Counted from the stretch's first letter, positions 34,603-43,178 are shown. The stretch: 64,000 bases of DNA from IMGVR_UViG_3300005613_000002:186001-250000; one strand, 5' to 3'. The notes: generated by a model from the letters alone, not told the origin. Made by a program: numbers and translations.

Positions 34603-34777
34603 GATTTTTATTTAAAATTTCACCCATAACTGCTCCATCTGTTTTTCTAACAATTAATTTTCGTTCAATTTTAATATTATCATTCATAAATTCAAATATT
34701 ATTTCATCTTCTGTATATCTTTGTTTTTGTGAAGAATCAACAGAAATTCTGACATTTAATATCATTTTTGGTTTCAT
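34586..34777 (-). CDS. hypothetical protein
   Basis: Co-oriented ORF. Confidence 0.6.
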   Translation of the reverse strand: MKPKMILNVRISVDSSQKQRYTEDEIIFEFMNDNIKIERKLIVRKTDGAVMGEILNKNHEINS

Positions 34778-34782
34778 GTTTA

Positions 34783-35346
34783 TTAATTATAAATTAAACA
34801 ACATTTTTTATATTTTTTTCCTGACCCACAAGGGCAAGGTTCATTTCTACCAGCATTAATTGGTTTTGGTTCTTCAAAGGAATAATCTTTAACATCTTCT
34901 TCAATTCCATTAAGATGATTAATTTCATGTTGCCAAATTTGTCCTGAAAACCCTTTGAATATATTAACATGTGGTTGTCCTTCCATGTCATAGTATTTAA
35001 CCTTAACTGCACGTGAACGTTCAGCTACAATTATTTTATCTTTCCAAGTTAAACAACCTTCAACTTTAATATCTTTAAGTCCTAGATATTCAACAATTTC
35101 TGGATTAATAATAATTGACCAATCATCAATTACCATACTACGTAAAGCAAATGCACGTAAACTAAACCTATTTCCGTCTAATGCTGTTTGATTTGCAGCA
35201 AGACCAACTCCATTATCTTTAGTTTTTGCATATTCAAGAAATGCTGAGAGTTCGACTTTATGTTTTTCAATATAGTCATTAACTAATTCATGTTGAATTT
35301 TCCCAATTTCTGGTGTCTGTTCGTTTGGTATGATTGTAAATTTCAT
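34783..35346 (-). CDS. def: peptide deformylase with C-terminal SEC-C motif
   Basis: GVGLAANQ, EGCLT, QHEINHLNG; tail GRNEPCPCGSGKKYKKCC; ATG 35346 chosen over TTG 35367. Confidence 0.92.
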   Translation of the reverse strand: MKFTIIPNEQTPEIGKIQHELVNDYIEKHKVELSAFLEYAKTKDNGVGLAANQTALDGNRFSLRAFALRSMVIDDWSIIINPEIVEYLGLKDIKVEGCLTWKDKIIVAERSRAVKVKYYDMEGQPHVNIFKGFSGQIWQHEINHLNGIEEDVKDYSFEEPKPINAGRNEPCPCGSGKKYKKCCLIYN

Positions 35347-35357
35347 GTAATTATATT

Positions 35358-35555
35358 TTAATTCCAATTATCAAAAGCGAATTCCAAATGGATTTTACCA
35401 AATTTAACTATAAAATCTAAAAATGATTTTCCTGTTATTACCCAAAACAAAATATTAATTATAGCTGATAATCCAATTATAAACATCGTCACAATTATTA
35501 ATGGGATTGAAATTACTTTTGCTAATCGAATTAATATTAATTTAATTGTTTTCAT
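35358..35555 (-). CDS. small membrane protein
   Basis: Long hydrophobic stretch; first gene after promoter. Confidence 0.6.
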   Translation of the reverse strand: MKTIKLILIRLAKVISIPLIIVTMFIIGLSAIINILFWVITGKSFLDFIVKFGKIHLEFAFDNWN

Positions 35556-35561
35556 GTTTAT

Positions 35562-35590
35562 TTATACGTAATTTATTCTCAAATGTTACA
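35562..35590 (-). promoter_or_regulatory. ECF-type phage promoter
   Basis: TGTAAC-N16-CGTATAA. Confidence 0.85.
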
Positions 35591-35591
35591 A

Positions 35592-35822
35592 TTAGTTATC
35601 AAGCCAATCTTTATTATAAATCTTCTCTACTTTATTCTTAGCAATATTAACATGATATATGTAATTTGTATTATCAGTTTTAAACACATATATACTATCA
35701 AGATAGTTATGAATTATAATACTTTCGATTGGTTCATCCACATATTTTTCAAAAAGATTAATTGCAACAGTAAGTTTTCTTTTACTAATTAATTGTGTTT
35801 TTCTATCTTTTAGAATTTTCAT
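35592..35822 (-). CDS. hypothetical protein
   Basis: Co-oriented ORF. Confidence 0.6.
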   Translation of the reverse strand: MKILKDRKTQLISKRKLTVAINLFEKYVDEPIESIIIHNYLDSIYVFKTDNTNYIYHVNIAKNKVEKIYNKDWLDN

Positions 35823-35827
35823 TGGTT

Positions 35828-36172
35828 TTATTTAAGTTTAGTAATTTTATCATTTAATTCATCGACTTCTAATTTTAATAAATCAAGTTTTGTTTTTTCA
35901 ATTTCATATGCTTCAATTTTCTCTATGTTTTCTTTAGTATTTTCAGCAAATGCCCACCCATAATTACATCGATACTTTTCTCCAGTATCTTTAACTATAA
36001 ACTCATAACTATTGTTAGGGAGTTTAACTACATTTTTAACTATAGAATTTGGTAGAATAGGGAAACCACCAAGTTCATTGGGTTTCCAAACCATATCAAG
36101 TCTGTATATGTATTCCATATCAGATTTTGGGTTTTTATTCTCTTTATCAATTAAGAAATCGAAATATGCCAT
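35828..36172 (-). CDS. hypothetical protein
   Basis: TAATG coupling to radical SAM gene. Confidence 0.7.
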   Translation of the reverse strand: MAYFDFLIDKENKNPKSDMEYIYRLDMVWKPNELGGFPILPNSIVKNVVKLPNNSYEFIVKDTGEKYRCNYGWAFAENTKENIEKIEAYEIEKTKLDLLKLEVDELNDKITKLK

Positions 36173-36882
36173 TATAATTGTTTTAGTTTTCTATCCCAAC
36201 TTTGGGAAATTTCACCATCTACATGGAATTTATAACTTTGATATGGGTTTTCTTTAATTACTTTATCATTTCTTTTTATGATATGACCTCTATATTTTAA
36301 TCCTTCAATTTCATCAAACAACACCAATTTTTCAGCGTTTAGTGTATCTAAATAATAAACATTTTGCATCTGTCTAGTCCATTCATTACAAGAGGTTAAA
36401 GTGCTGAATTTCAGATGACCATAATTCTGGTATTTATCGATGAATGAATTAAGTTCATTAGTATTTGGTAATTGCTTTTTATGAATCAATGTAGTAATTG
36501 TAATATCACTAATAAAATCACATTGCATTGGTAATTCTTTTTGATTATAAAAAGAAATATTAAAACAATCAATAATACCATCAAGTTGTTTTATTATTGA
36601 AGGTTTAGTATAATTAGTTGTAAGAATACTTTTAAAACCATATTCTTTTACTAGTTTTGCAATTTCAACAATATTTGGATGTAATGTTGGTTCTCCACCA
36701 ACTATTAATATTTCTTTTAGGTTTAAAGATTTGGCTTTATTAAGTGCTTTAATTACATTTTCAAGTGTAATATACTCATATCTACCTCTGTACTTATCAA
36801 TACAAAATCTACAATATTTATTACATTCATGAGTTACAACTAATGACCCAAATTCTGTTGTTTTCACTTTTCCATCAAACAT
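36172..36882 (-). CDS. radical SAM protein
   Basis: CNKYCRFC (CxxxCxxC), IVGGEPTLHP, LTTNY. Confidence 0.9.
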   Translation of the reverse strand: MFDGKVKTTEFGSLVVTHECNKYCRFCIDKYRGRYEYITLENVIKALNKAKSLNLKEILIVGGEPTLHPNIVEIAKLVKEYGFKSILTTNYTKPSIIKQLDGIIDCFNISFYNQKELPMQCDFISDITITTLIHKKQLPNTNELNSFIDKYQNYGHLKFSTLTSCNEWTRQMQNVYYLDTLNAEKLVLFDEIEGLKYRGHIIKRNDKVIKENPYQSYKFHVDGEISQSWDRKLKQL

Positions 36883-36884
36883 AG

Positions 36885-37181
36885 TTAGTTGTTTTTATTT
36901 ATAAAAGACCAATCAATATCAGCAATAATACATTTATCATCTCTATCACCACAAATCATAGAGAAAACAGGTAATAAACTTGGTAATAACTTGGGGTCAT
37001 TTTCTAATGTTGAAACATATAATGAACATAACACTAGTAATATTCCAGCACTTCTATCATTAATGACTTTAGATTCAAACACTTCAGATTCTAAAACGCA
37101 TTGAATTTCATTTAATCTTCTCCCAGAGGTTTCTGGTTTAGATGCCTCAACTAATAATTTATGTATTTCTTTTGTTTCCAT
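36885..37181 (-). CDS. hypothetical protein, probably leaderless
   Basis: ATG 13 nt after the -10 C. Confidence 0.65.
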   Translation of the reverse strand: METKEIHKLLVEASKPETSGRRLNEIQCVLESEVFESKVINDRSAGILLVLCSLYVSTLENDPKLLPSLLPVFSMICGDRDDKCIIADIDWSFINKNN

Positions 37182-37187
37182 AATTAC

Positions 37188-37216
37188 TTATACGTAATTA
37201 TCATTATTTTGTTACA
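37188..37216 (-). promoter_or_regulatory. ECF-type phage promoter
   Basis: TGTAAC-N16-CGTATAA. Confidence 0.85.
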
Positions 37217-37641
37217 ACTGTGAAGCCAGCATTTTCTAATGCTTTAATTCCTGCCGAATCAGTACCATCAATACTACCATTTTTTTCAACATAGTCAGTA
37301 AGTTGTTTCATCCCATTAATATATTCCAAGAGGTCAGGATATAACACTTTAGCATCACCAAGAATTTTAATTCCCCATTCATCATCATATTCAGTGGCAT
37401 ACCAATTTTTTCCACCATCCCATGAATGTATCATATAATTGAAAAATTTACCATCTTTTTCTTTATCCCAATTTGGTGGGAAATATACTGATGTACCACC
37501 TTGGTGTCTTAAATTAATCTTTGACTGTTCTTCTTGACGTTTTAACATATATTCATAATCACGCAATTTAGGAGCAGTATATAATCCTAAAGCAATTATG
37601 GTCAAACCTAATACTAATGATATAATCAATAATCCTTTCAT
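37204..37641 (-). CDS. membrane-anchored protein with one Asp-box-like motif
   Basis: N-terminal TM; HSWDGGKNW resembles SxDxGxxW. Confidence 0.7.
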   Translation of the reverse strand: MKGLLIISLVLGLTIIALGLYTAPKLRDYEYMLKRQEEQSKINLRHQGGTSVYFPPNWDKEKDGKFFNYMIHSWDGGKNWYATEYDDEWGIKILGDAKVLYPDLLEYINGMKQLTDYVEKNGSIDGTDSAGIKALENAGFTVVTK

Positions 37642-37669
37642 TTTATTTAATTTTAGTTTATTTGTATTA

Positions 37670-37894
37670 TTAAAATTTTTTATAATTAAACATTGGGTAT
37701 TTCTTATTTACAATTTTATGTTGTTCTTCTGTATATGGAATTATTTCTGATTTGTAATAAGAATTAAGTTTTTGAACTACCCCTGTGACCATTTCACATT
37801 GTAAATTATCTGGTTGACAAAAATCAACACCAACATAATAACCTAGATCATAACCGAATCCAGAATCCCATATTATTTTATCATTTTTTTCCAT
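37670..37894 (-). CDS. hypothetical protein
   Basis: Co-oriented ORF. Confidence 0.65.
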   Translation of the reverse strand: MEKNDKIIWDSGFGYDLGYYVGVDFCQPDNLQCEMVTGVVQKLNSYYKSEIIPYTEEQHKIVNKKYPMFNYKKF

Positions 37895-38033
37895 AATAAC
37901 ATTTTTATATTGTTGATGTGCAGGTGGATATTTCCATTAATGCACCAATAAATCCTAGAAATAATATAAGACATATTACACCAAAAAGTATTGTTGAACC
38001 ATATTTTTCACTAAATTCCATCATAATATTTGT

Positions 38034-38615
38034 TTATTGATAATTTTCTGTTTGAATTATTCCATATTTATGAAAATACCTAAGTGGTCGCCACTTGACA
38101 AGTTTTCCAGTTTTTTTATTTGTTACCCAGAAACCCCATTTATGATATGGTCTACTGCATAATAATATAGTCCAAGCACCACCTTTAGGGATACATAACC
38201 AATGTCTATCAGTTGCTTTAGAATACCAAATTGAATCTTGTGGATTGAAAAATGATTTCCATGAATTAAACATTCCTTCAACATGACAGAATGTTTCATT
38301 TCTAAAATGATGTGTACAACCTCTTTTTAAATCAGCACTCATATGTTTATCCATTGGTGTATCACCGATGTATGGTGTTGAATCTTCACGTGTCGGTTTA
38401 ACATTCCAATAATGACCTTTTAATACGATACTAATTAAATCAGTTGCATGGTCATGAAAGAATCTATTATCATCAGATTTAATCCAGTGATGAAGTCTAA
38501 AGGTATAACCAAATAGAATAAGTGTCCACCTATAAAGATATGGTGATTCAGGAATTCCCATTGGTTCTTTCCAACGTATTTGAAATATTCTATTAAATTT
38601 TCTAAATGGTTTCAT
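38034..38615 (-). CDS. cupin-like phage protein, probably leaderless
   Basis: PYL.RW...RLHH...DD...HDH...ISIVL.G.Y; ATG 13 nt after -10 C. Confidence 0.65.
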   Translation of the reverse strand: MKPFRKFNRIFQIRWKEPMGIPESPYLYRWTLILFGYTFRLHHWIKSDDNRFFHDHATDLISIVLKGHYWNVKPTREDSTPYIGDTPMDKHMSADLKRGCTHHFRNETFCHVEGMFNSWKSFFNPQDSIWYSKATDRHWLCIPKGGAWTILLCSRPYHKWGFWVTNKKTGKLVKWRPLRYFHKYGIIQTENYQ

Positions 38616-38621
38616 GATTAC

Positions 38622-38650
38622 TTATACGAAATTAAAGATAAAATGTTACA
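38622..38650 (-). promoter_or_regulatory. ECF-type phage promoter
   Basis: TGTAAC-N16-CGTATAA. Confidence 0.85.
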
Positions 38651-38662
38651 AATAATTAACAT

Positions 38663-38950
38663 TTAAATTTCGATATTACTTGTATCTGTAATCATATCAG
38701 GAAAAGGTTTAGACCATTGAGCACGTTTCATTGAGTTATTCTTTAACTTTAACTCATATGTTAGATTAGTTACGATCATTTTAGAAAAATCAATAACTTT
38801 AGCACTCCCTCGTCTTATATCACTAACTTGAAATTGTGTTGGTTTAATTTCTTTCTTATAAGAAAGAACATTACCACTAAGAGTTTGTGTTGAATCAATT
38901 AAATCTAAATACTTTTGAGGAATTCCTTCTTTTGAATTAATTTTTGACAT
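38663..38950 (-). CDS. hypothetical protein
   Basis: Co-oriented ORF. Confidence 0.6.
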   Translation of the reverse strand: MSKINSKEGIPQKYLDLIDSTQTLSGNVLSYKKEIKPTQFQVSDIRRGSAKVIDFSKMIVTNLTYELKLKNNSMKRAQWSKPFPDMITDTSNIEI

Positions 38951-38968
38951 TTTATTTGTTTTTAATTA

Positions 38969-39025
38969 AAAATGATAGAATTCAAGTGGGTAGTCATACT
39001 AACCATCTTAAATATCTATCATTTT
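38969..39025 (-). other. long imperfect hairpin right after tRNA-like gene
   Basis: AAAATGATAGA/TCTATCATTTT, ATTTAAG/CTTGAAT, TGG/CCA, TAGT/ACTA. Confidence 0.65.
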
Positions 39026-39031
39026 ATTTTG

Positions 39032-39238
39032 TCAACCCAACGGGGTTCGAACCAAACGTGACCTCCTGCATGTTAATACCGCCAATCTATTTCCGATTTC
39101 ATCCAAATTTCATGATATTAGCTTTATATCAATTCATATATTTTACTTTCTTATTTCCACCTTTAGTACCCCATTATCCGTAAACCGCTAAATAAACATT
39201 TAATTAGGACAGGCACTCTACCACTGAGCTATGGGTTG
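39032..39238 (-). tRNA. tRNA-like gene split by about 132 extra nt in the anticodon loop; identity unresolved
   Basis: Acceptor CAACCCA/TGGGTTG + A; TA-GCTC-AGTGGTA-GAGT D-arm; anticodon stem CCTGT/GCAGG; AGGTC; T-arm ACG(TTT)GG-TTCGAAC-CCCGT. Confidence 0.75.
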
Positions 39239-39248
39239 ATGTTTAAAT

Positions 39249-39458
39249 AAAGTAGATTAGGTAGGCTTTCGCATTATTACTTATGCACTTTCGTAATGTT
39301 ACCTTGATGGTTTGTTTCGCATTTCTATTGATTAAACAAAACCAGAGCATCATATTATCACTACCCACGAACTATCTTTCACTCATTGTGATGTTCAAGA
39401 GTCAGTCATGACTATTGTTCCCTATTTCACGACACAAATCTATGGGTTCTACTACTTT
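39249..39458 (-). ncRNA. 210-nt structured RNA of unknown class
   Basis: Closed by AAAGTAG/CTACTTT; internal ACCCA/TGGGT, AGTCA/TGACT, TCAC/GTGA, TGGTT.TTGTTT/AAACAAACCA, GGTAG/CTACC; several GAAA loops; no ORF. Confidence 0.6.
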
Positions 39459-39465
39459 AAATTTT

Positions 39466-39483
39466 CAATATTTTAAAGAACTG
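39466..39483 (-). promoter_or_regulatory. boxA-like antitermination element
   Basis: CAGTTCTTTAAAATATTG about 10 nt after predicted +1, resembling rRNA-leader boxA (GYTCTTT.A.A). Confidence 0.4.
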
Positions 39484-39497
39484 TTTTCTTATAATAC

Positions 39498-39526
39498 TTA
39501 TACGTTAGAAATAAAAAAATGTTACA
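39498..39526 (-). promoter_or_regulatory. ECF-type promoter of ncRNA/tRNA-like locus
   Basis: TGTAAC-N16-CGTATAA, preceded by a weak hairpin and T7. Confidence 0.85.
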
Positions 39527-39542
39527 AAAAAAGTGAACTATT

Positions 39543-39719
39543 TTATTTAACTTCACCAATTATTGATTCAATTCTTTTGATTATATTCAACGTATTATTA
39601 TATGTGTGAATTTTTGCGGTATGACTATATTCTGAAATATTAGGACTATTCATTACATCTGAACGATCTTGATTTTCATTTTTTAATTCTCTAACTAGTT
39701 TTTCGAATTCTAATTTCAT
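39543..39719 (-). CDS. small protein, 58 aa
   Basis: MKLEFEKLVREL...; not in ORF track. Confidence 0.55.
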   Translation of the reverse strand: MKLEFEKLVRELKNENQDRSDVMNSPNISEYSHTAKIHTYNNTLNIIKRIESIIGEVK

Positions 39720-39729
39720 TCTATTTATT

Positions 39730-39930
39730 TTAAATTAAAAACATACTTTTCCATGTAGACTCTCCACATATTTCAGTTATAACAACACTGAAATCCATAT
39801 CTTGTGTTTCTTTCCAGTTCCATGTAATTAGATTAAAGAATATTGTAAATAATAATAAGAAAATCCAAAAACACCAACCTAAAATAAATTTAAGATAATA
39901 TGCGACAATATATTTAAAAAATTTTCTCAT
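39730..39930 (-). CDS. small membrane protein
   Basis: Hydrophobic helix. Confidence 0.6.
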   Translation of the reverse strand: MRKFFKYIVAYYLKFILGWCFWIFLLLFTIFFNLITWNWKETQDMDFSVVITEICGESTWKSMFLI

Positions 39931-40127
39931 TATTTATTTGTTAATTGTTTTAATGCCAGAAAAGCGATATTCTTTTTTAAATGATGACCATCAGCTTCAT
40001 AGTCTGATTTCTCTAACTGTTCAACAATCTTTCCTAATGCACCAATTACTTCATTATTTAAATGATTCTTAGCATTACCAAGATATTTGTTAATTTGTTT
40101 TTGTGTATTACTTATTTCCTGTACCAT
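39930..40127 (-). CDS. hypothetical protein
   Basis: TAATG coupling. Confidence 0.6.
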   Translation of the reverse strand: MVQEISNTQKQINKYLGNAKNHLNNEVIGALGKIVEQLEKSDYEADGHHLKKNIAFLALKQLTNK

Positions 40128-40137
40128 GATTCTTAAT

Positions 40138-40350
40138 TTAAATTCTATTATTTAATTCAACTATAGTGTCATTCCATAATGCCCACTTAGGATTTAGATT
40201 ACCAATATACATTGGGTGACTTTCTTTCACTTGTTCAGCAATCAAAATTGCAACATTAACTATTTTATCATAAGTTAAACTATAATTTAGTTTTGCAACT
40301 AAATCTTCTAATTTATCAGCATTTTTTTGGACTTCAGTTTTCATAATCAT
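40138..40350 (-). CDS. hypothetical protein
   Basis: Co-oriented ORF. Confidence 0.65.
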   Translation of the reverse strand: MIMKTEVQKNADKLEDLVAKLNYSLTYDKIVNVAILIAEQVKESHPMYIGNLNPKWALWNDTIVELNNRI

Positions 40351-40592
40351 TATTTTTTCTTCTCAGGATTACTTGAAAAACTTTTAAGTAAAAGCATAGT
40401 GGCTTTAAATCCTACTGCACTTTCAAGCATTGATTTAAAAAGTCTAAGTTCATTTTGATTATAATTATTTTTTTCAACAAACTCTTTTAATTTATCTTCA
40501 AAATCTTTAGGGAGTTGAGCATTTAAAAACTCATTAGCTGCTTTCCAAAAATCAATACTATCATTTATTTTATTAATTTTTTTTGTGTTCAT
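40350..40592 (-). CDS. hypothetical protein
   Basis: Co-oriented ORF. Confidence 0.65.
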   Translation of the reverse strand: MNTKKINKINDSIDFWKAANEFLNAQLPKDFEDKLKEFVEKNNYNQNELRLFKSMLESAVGFKATMLLLKSFSSNPEKKK

Positions 40593-40613
40593 GATTTCAT
40601 AATTTATGTTGGA

Positions 40614-40778
40614 TTAAACTTCCTTTTCCCAAATTTCTTGAATTTCTCTCCCTGTTAAAGAGTATAGAGTTCTTTCTTTAAAATATCGTTTCTGTAGATC
40701 AATTCTATCTAATAGTCTAAGGTCAGTATTCCACCATTTCAATGCTGTTGACCTTTTGTTATGGTATTCGCTTATCAT
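40614..40778 (-). CDS. small protein, 54 aa
   Basis: ALKWWN...LTGREIQEIW; not in ORF track. Confidence 0.55.
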   Translation of the reverse strand: MISEYHNKRSTALKWWNTDLRLLDRIDLQKRYFKERTLYSLTGREIQEIWEKEV

Positions 40779-40788
40779 TTTATAATTA

Positions 40789-41091
40789 TTAACAAATTAA
40801 TTTATTTTGTACTTTACCACATCTTAAACAAGTTCTTTTTTGTCTATAATCAAAAGAATCTTTACCTTTAATTACCACATTTTCTGTGTATTCTTTCCAT
40901 TTAGTCCATTTGTGTCTAAAAAAACAATTACCAGAAATACCTTGTTCTTGAACAAGAAAATTCTTATCATTAGCATTATATCCAAATATAACTGCTAACC
41001 TAACAAATTCTTTCACCCCACCTTTTGGGTTTATGACCTTTAGTTGTTCAAAACATTCTTGACCTAATTTATCAAAATCAGTTTTATTCAT
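40789..41091 (-). CDS. hypothetical protein with C..RHKW...CxxC (DUF1660-like Zn motif)
   Basis: CFFRHKWTKW...RTCLRCG. Confidence 0.65.
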   Translation of the reverse strand: MNKTDFDKLGQECFEQLKVINPKGGVKEFVRLAVIFGYNANDKNFLVQEQGISGNCFFRHKWTKWKEYTENVVIKGKDSFDYRQKRTCLRCGKVQNKLIC

Positions 41092-41093
41092 GA

Positions 41094-41339
41094 TTATTCA
41101 ATTATTTTTACAATAAATATTCTCATTTCAGAATTAGTATCATCTGATTTTTTCCAATATATCTTATCCCAGATTTTACCAAATAAACTTTTTTCAGCAA
41201 TAACAAAACAATAATCATTCATCTTTTCTTTTTGTTTAATTGTTATCACTTTCTCTTGAATCATTTTATTTAAAAATAATTCTTTTAACTGATTACCATG
41301 TTCAGTTAAACCTGTTGCAGTCATTGTATATGCTTTCAT
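41094..41339 (-). CDS. hypothetical protein
   Basis: Co-oriented ORF. Confidence 0.65.
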   Translation of the reverse strand: MKAYTMTATGLTEHGNQLKELFLNKMIQEKVITIKQKEKMNDYCFVIAEKSLFGKIWDKIYWKKSDDTNSEMRIFIVKIIE

Positions 41340-41341
41340 AG

Positions 41342-41629
41342 TTATTTAGGTAACATTTCTTTTTTTAACTCTCCTAACATAGAAATTAAACAATCAATAC
41401 TATCTACCTCATTAAAAATGAATACTAATTCAGGTTTCATTTCATCATATGATTTGATTGATGTTTCAACTAGTTTATTTATTTGTTTAGATTCTTTTAC
41501 TGTTTTAAACCCTAACACAGTTTCTTGATTTTCACCTAATTCTGAACCAACCATCCAAACATCACCAGAACCAAACTCACAAACAACCACATTTTGAGTT
41601 TCACCAAATGTTGCGTTTTTTGTTATCAT
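41342..41629 (-). CDS. hypothetical protein
   Basis: Co-oriented ORF. Confidence 0.7.
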   Translation of the reverse strand: MITKNATFGETQNVVVCEFGSGDVWMVGSELGENQETVLGFKTVKESKQINKLVETSIKSYDEMKPELVFIFNEVDSIDCLISMLGELKKEMLPK

Positions 41630-41937
41630 TATTTTTTAGAATTAATATATTTTCGTTCTATTTTTTTTAATCTATTTATTTCATGTTTATTATTGATTAT
41701 TATTTCAATTAGTCTTTCTTTAGACATAAAATCATAATAATTTTTATAATCATTATAACTCATTGAGGATTCACCACCTCCACATTCTTCTACCATAATT
41801 ATTAATCTTTGTTCTGTTTTAACTGTTTTCGTTTTTTTAAATTATATGAAATAGTTGGAATTATTACCACAACAAATATAACTATAATTAAAATAACTTT
41901 CACTATAAATTCTATCATAATTAATATATTTCCCATA

Positions 41938-42366
41938 TTAATTATTGTCAACAGTTTGTAATATTATATTCACATCACATAATAAATTTCTCATTTCTCC
42001 TGTTGGTATGATACTAATTGCATCATTAAGCCTTTTCACTAAGTCTTTTATTGGGAGTTCATTATAATGTAATTTTTCAATTGATGAATCTTTCATAAAT
42101 TCCAATGTTTCACTTGGAATTGTATTATTTTCTTTTCTTAGAAAGATATATGCTTCTCTAATTTCTTTTTCGATTTGTTTTCTTGCATCATTAAATTCAT
42201 CATTACTAGACTCAACTGTTTTAGGTATAAGTATTTCAGCTTCATTATTTTCATCAATATGTTTAGTTGGTTGGGTTTTTCGCCAAAAATAAAACGAAAC
42301 ATAAATTATACTAAATGATAAAGTAAAAAATCCTATTATTGCAAAAATTATTATTAATATTTCCAT
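41938..42366 (-). CDS. membrane-anchored hypothetical protein
   Basis: N-terminal TM; first gene after promoter. Confidence 0.7.
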   Translation of the reverse strand: MEILIIIFAIIGFFTLSFSIIYVSFYFWRKTQPTKHIDENNEAEILIPKTVESSNDEFNDARKQIEKEIREAYIFLRKENNTIPSETLEFMKDSSIEKLHYNELPIKDLVKRLNDAISIIPTGEMRNLLCDVNIILQTVDNN

Positions 42367-42376
42367 TTTTTATTAT

Positions 42377-42405
42377 TTATACGTGTGTATTATTTTTTTG
42401 TTACA
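42377..42405 (-). promoter_or_regulatory. ECF-type phage promoter
   Basis: TGTAAC-N16-CGTATAA. Confidence 0.85.
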
Positions 42406-42406
42406 A

Positions 42407-42721
42407 TTACCACCACCTTTTTATCATTTCTTCATCTGTTCCAAGATCAACTTTAGTATCAAACATTTCGACTTCTACCCAATCACTATATGGGTCATAA
42501 TTCCATTTCCATTTTCTTTTACATCTTTCACAAATACATTTATCTGGCATATTAGTGAAATTATATTTAAGTTTATGACCTTTTATTTTACATAATATAT
42601 TATTCTTATCGAATAACCACCAACTAACCCAAAATGATATTCTCATTATCGCATAAAATAATAAAAATATAACAGTTAAAATTACTATACCATATCCGAA
42701 TTCAATAATTAATAGATTCAT
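42407..42721 (-). CDS. membrane protein with DUF1660-like Zn motif
   Basis: TM helix; LCKIKGHK...CERC. Confidence 0.65.
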   Translation of the reverse strand: MNLLIIEFGYGIVILTVIFLLFYAIMRISFWVSWWLFDKNNILCKIKGHKLKYNFTNMPDKCICERCKRKWKWNYDPYSDWVEVEMFDTKVDLGTDEEMIKRWW

Positions 42722-42731
42722 AACATTTAAT

Positions 42732-42944
42732 TTATGTTAAATATTCTTTCATAAATTTATAAAACTTATCTTTCATTTCAAATTTTAAACGTACCTTTGC
42801 CATATGGTCTTGACATGTTGTTAAGCTTGGTTCTACATGTGCCACACCTCTAATCATTCTAACTGCATTTAGAATTATTTCTACATCTTCTTCACTATAA
42901 TCTTGTTCTAATGTAACTGTAAATCCTTTAACTTTATGTCCCAT
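42732..42944 (-). CDS. conserved phage hypothetical protein
   Basis: KG..VTLE.D...D..E.I.NA+.MI+GV..VE pattern. Confidence 0.7.
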   Translation of the reverse strand: MGHKVKGFTVTLEQDYSEEDVEIILNAVRMIRGVAHVEPSLTTCQDHMAKVRLKFEMKDKFYKFMKEYLT

Positions 42945-42953
42945 GATGAATTA

Positions 42954-43178
42954 TTATAAAGGTGATGTTTGATTTTTACTTGGTTTGAAAATATCCTTAA
43001 ATATCTCATAAGGGACATTTAACTTATTGTTTTGTGAATTAATTAAGACTGCAAATGATTTTTTATCTTTAATTGAAATACTATCAAGTTCACATCTTTC
43101 ACCAGCACATGCTGTGTATCTTGAATCTTTATCCCATATTGTAACATATGGTTCGTATATTTTAAATTTGTTTTCCAT
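42954..43178 (-). CDS. hypothetical protein
   Basis: Start moved from 43259 to avoid overlap. Confidence 0.6.
   Translation of the reverse strand: MENKFKIYEPYVTIWDKDSRYTACAGERCELDSISIKDKKSFAVLINSQNNKLNVPYEIFKDIFKPSKNQTSPL

Noticed and set aside
39070-39208. tRNA insertion as a group I/II intron or tmRNA coding region
   Set aside because: Too short, no P7 or domain V consensus, and no G3-U70 or tag-peptide ORF. The D-arm is intact, unlike tmRNA.
39255-39300. c-di-GMP-I (GEMM) riboswitch resemblance (GGTAAC...GAAA...GCGAAAGCC)
   Set aside because: No P2 stem or tetraloop receptor follows and there is no downstream ORF; only a loose similarity.
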